DNA of 64,000 nt from Batkoa obscura (lineage: Eukaryota). The stretch spans positions 1-64,000 of the forward strand of contig JASVEC010000026.1 of assembly GCA_030770535.1 (NCBI GenBank). The letters are read 5' to 3'. Positions 62,720 to 64,000 of this stretch are shown in pieces (within the stretch, counting starts at the first letter, position 1; every line of letters begins with the position of its first letter). The position numbers and the translations under genes are program-made. Under the pieces are notes generated by a model. The model was given only the letters and a program-made list of their open reading frames with translations. It searched no databases and was not told the origin of the DNA.

Positions 62720-64000
62720 AAATTCAACTAAACATAAAAAAAGTTAATAATTCTAATGGACTATAATTTAAAATGGATTCATTGTTTATTTGCAATATGA
62801 AAGAACTTTATTGGTTCTTTTTCTATAAAAGTCACTTCAGGCATGATTTATTCATTTATTAGTTTCTAATAATTTTGATTTGGTAAAACTAATTTTAACT
62901 TGAGCTTAAAATCTAAAAAATTATTCTGAGATTTTAAATCACTATGATGTTTGAATATTTAGCATATTCTAAGGCTTTCGTTTTTAATTAACAACTAAGG
63001 ATTCAATATGACTTAAATTGAAATAAAAAATAAATTTCTTATTACATAAATTTCACTTACGCTTTTATAATAGTTTTCGCATTTAGACTTAAAAAATAGC
63101 TAATTTAACTTTAAAATAATTTATTCTAATCCTACACTTAAGATCATTTGGATTGCTGACATGATGTCAGTCAATAAACAAGGAAGAGAAGCCCTGAGAA
63201 GTTGGTCTATATCTGCTCTTTATTATTCTTTGAAAATTTTATTTACTAATAAGTTACTTGAGATTCTCTCTTTCAGTAATTTTTAATAAATTATACACTC
63301 TCCAGAATGGTTCTTATATGCCTTTCTTTGATGTTTTTATAATAACTCCGTTAATATTATATAACACTGATCCTTATATTACAGTAATTTTAAAGCTTTA
63401 AATCATAAAAAATTACACCTATTGTCATAAGCTAATAAAAATAGACTTCTAAAGAAACAAAACTTTAATTTGCCCTCAGAAATAAAACACTTTGAGGCTA
63501 CATCCTTTCAAGATATGCAGAATAAATAGCTTTTTTAATAATAGATAGATTGATAACTATAACACAATAATCCATGATAAATTTCTGCAAGAAAGTATCA
63601 AAAATTCACACTAAGTTGATTTATTTTTGAATAATTAAAAGACCAAATAGCTTCTTAACAATGTTTTTGTATAATAATAACACATTATAATATAATTGCT
63701 GACCCTGTTCCGTGGCTATCACTATAGTTTTATACTCGAATAAAAAACGTCTAATAAATTTATCAACTTGCTTAATTGACTGTATTCATAGCTTCTATAT
63801 TGTAAAGTTTGATATTACTAATGATTTAGTGTTAATATCATTTTATAGGTATGGACAAATATCCCCGGATAGTAATTGTTATTAAAGTCTAACAGATTAA
63901 AAGGGTTTTTTAAGGGCTGGATTAACAATCATATGCTTGAAAGTTTTTGTTTTTTCACTATTATTATACGATTCAAATGTAATGATCACTGCTCTTAAAT

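Noticed and set aside
1..64000. tRNA, rRNA or snRNA genes
   Set aside because: None recognised by eye; a covariance-model scan would be needed to exclude them.

Overview
AT-rich eukaryotic (fungal) genomic DNA with short GT-AG introns, mostly 45-60 nt. The gene content and composition suggest an early-diverging fungus such as Zoopagomycota; this is inference only. The left part holds a GPI cell-wall trio (two Ser-rich proteins flanking a GH72 Gas-type glucanosyltransferase), a mitochondrial phosphate carrier, a kelch-type membrane protein, two tandem inorganic pyrophosphatases, a spliced 69-aa mitochondrial microprotein and proteasome alpha-5. From 20.4 to 31.4 kb lies a tandem family of secreted precursors: signal peptide, (X-X-Pro)n...AQSGIHRR Kex2-type repeats, a (CGG/WGG)n Cys-Gly tract and an Asn/Cys-rich C-terminal domain. 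It comprises three full copies, one His-substituted truncated copy, one frameshifted pseudogene and one promoter relic, with a stop-disrupted NAD(P)-dependent reductase inside the array. Next come a DUF4203-like membrane protein, a divergent bestrophin/pICln pair, BolA, and six Zn2Cys6 transcription-factor paralogs (one pseudogene) showing co-duplicated BolA fragments and gene-conversion tracts. An AcrB-like TM/FN3/coiled-coil gene lies near the right end. A ~105-bp MITE occurs at least 14 times. All gene models were read by eye and no database searches were run.
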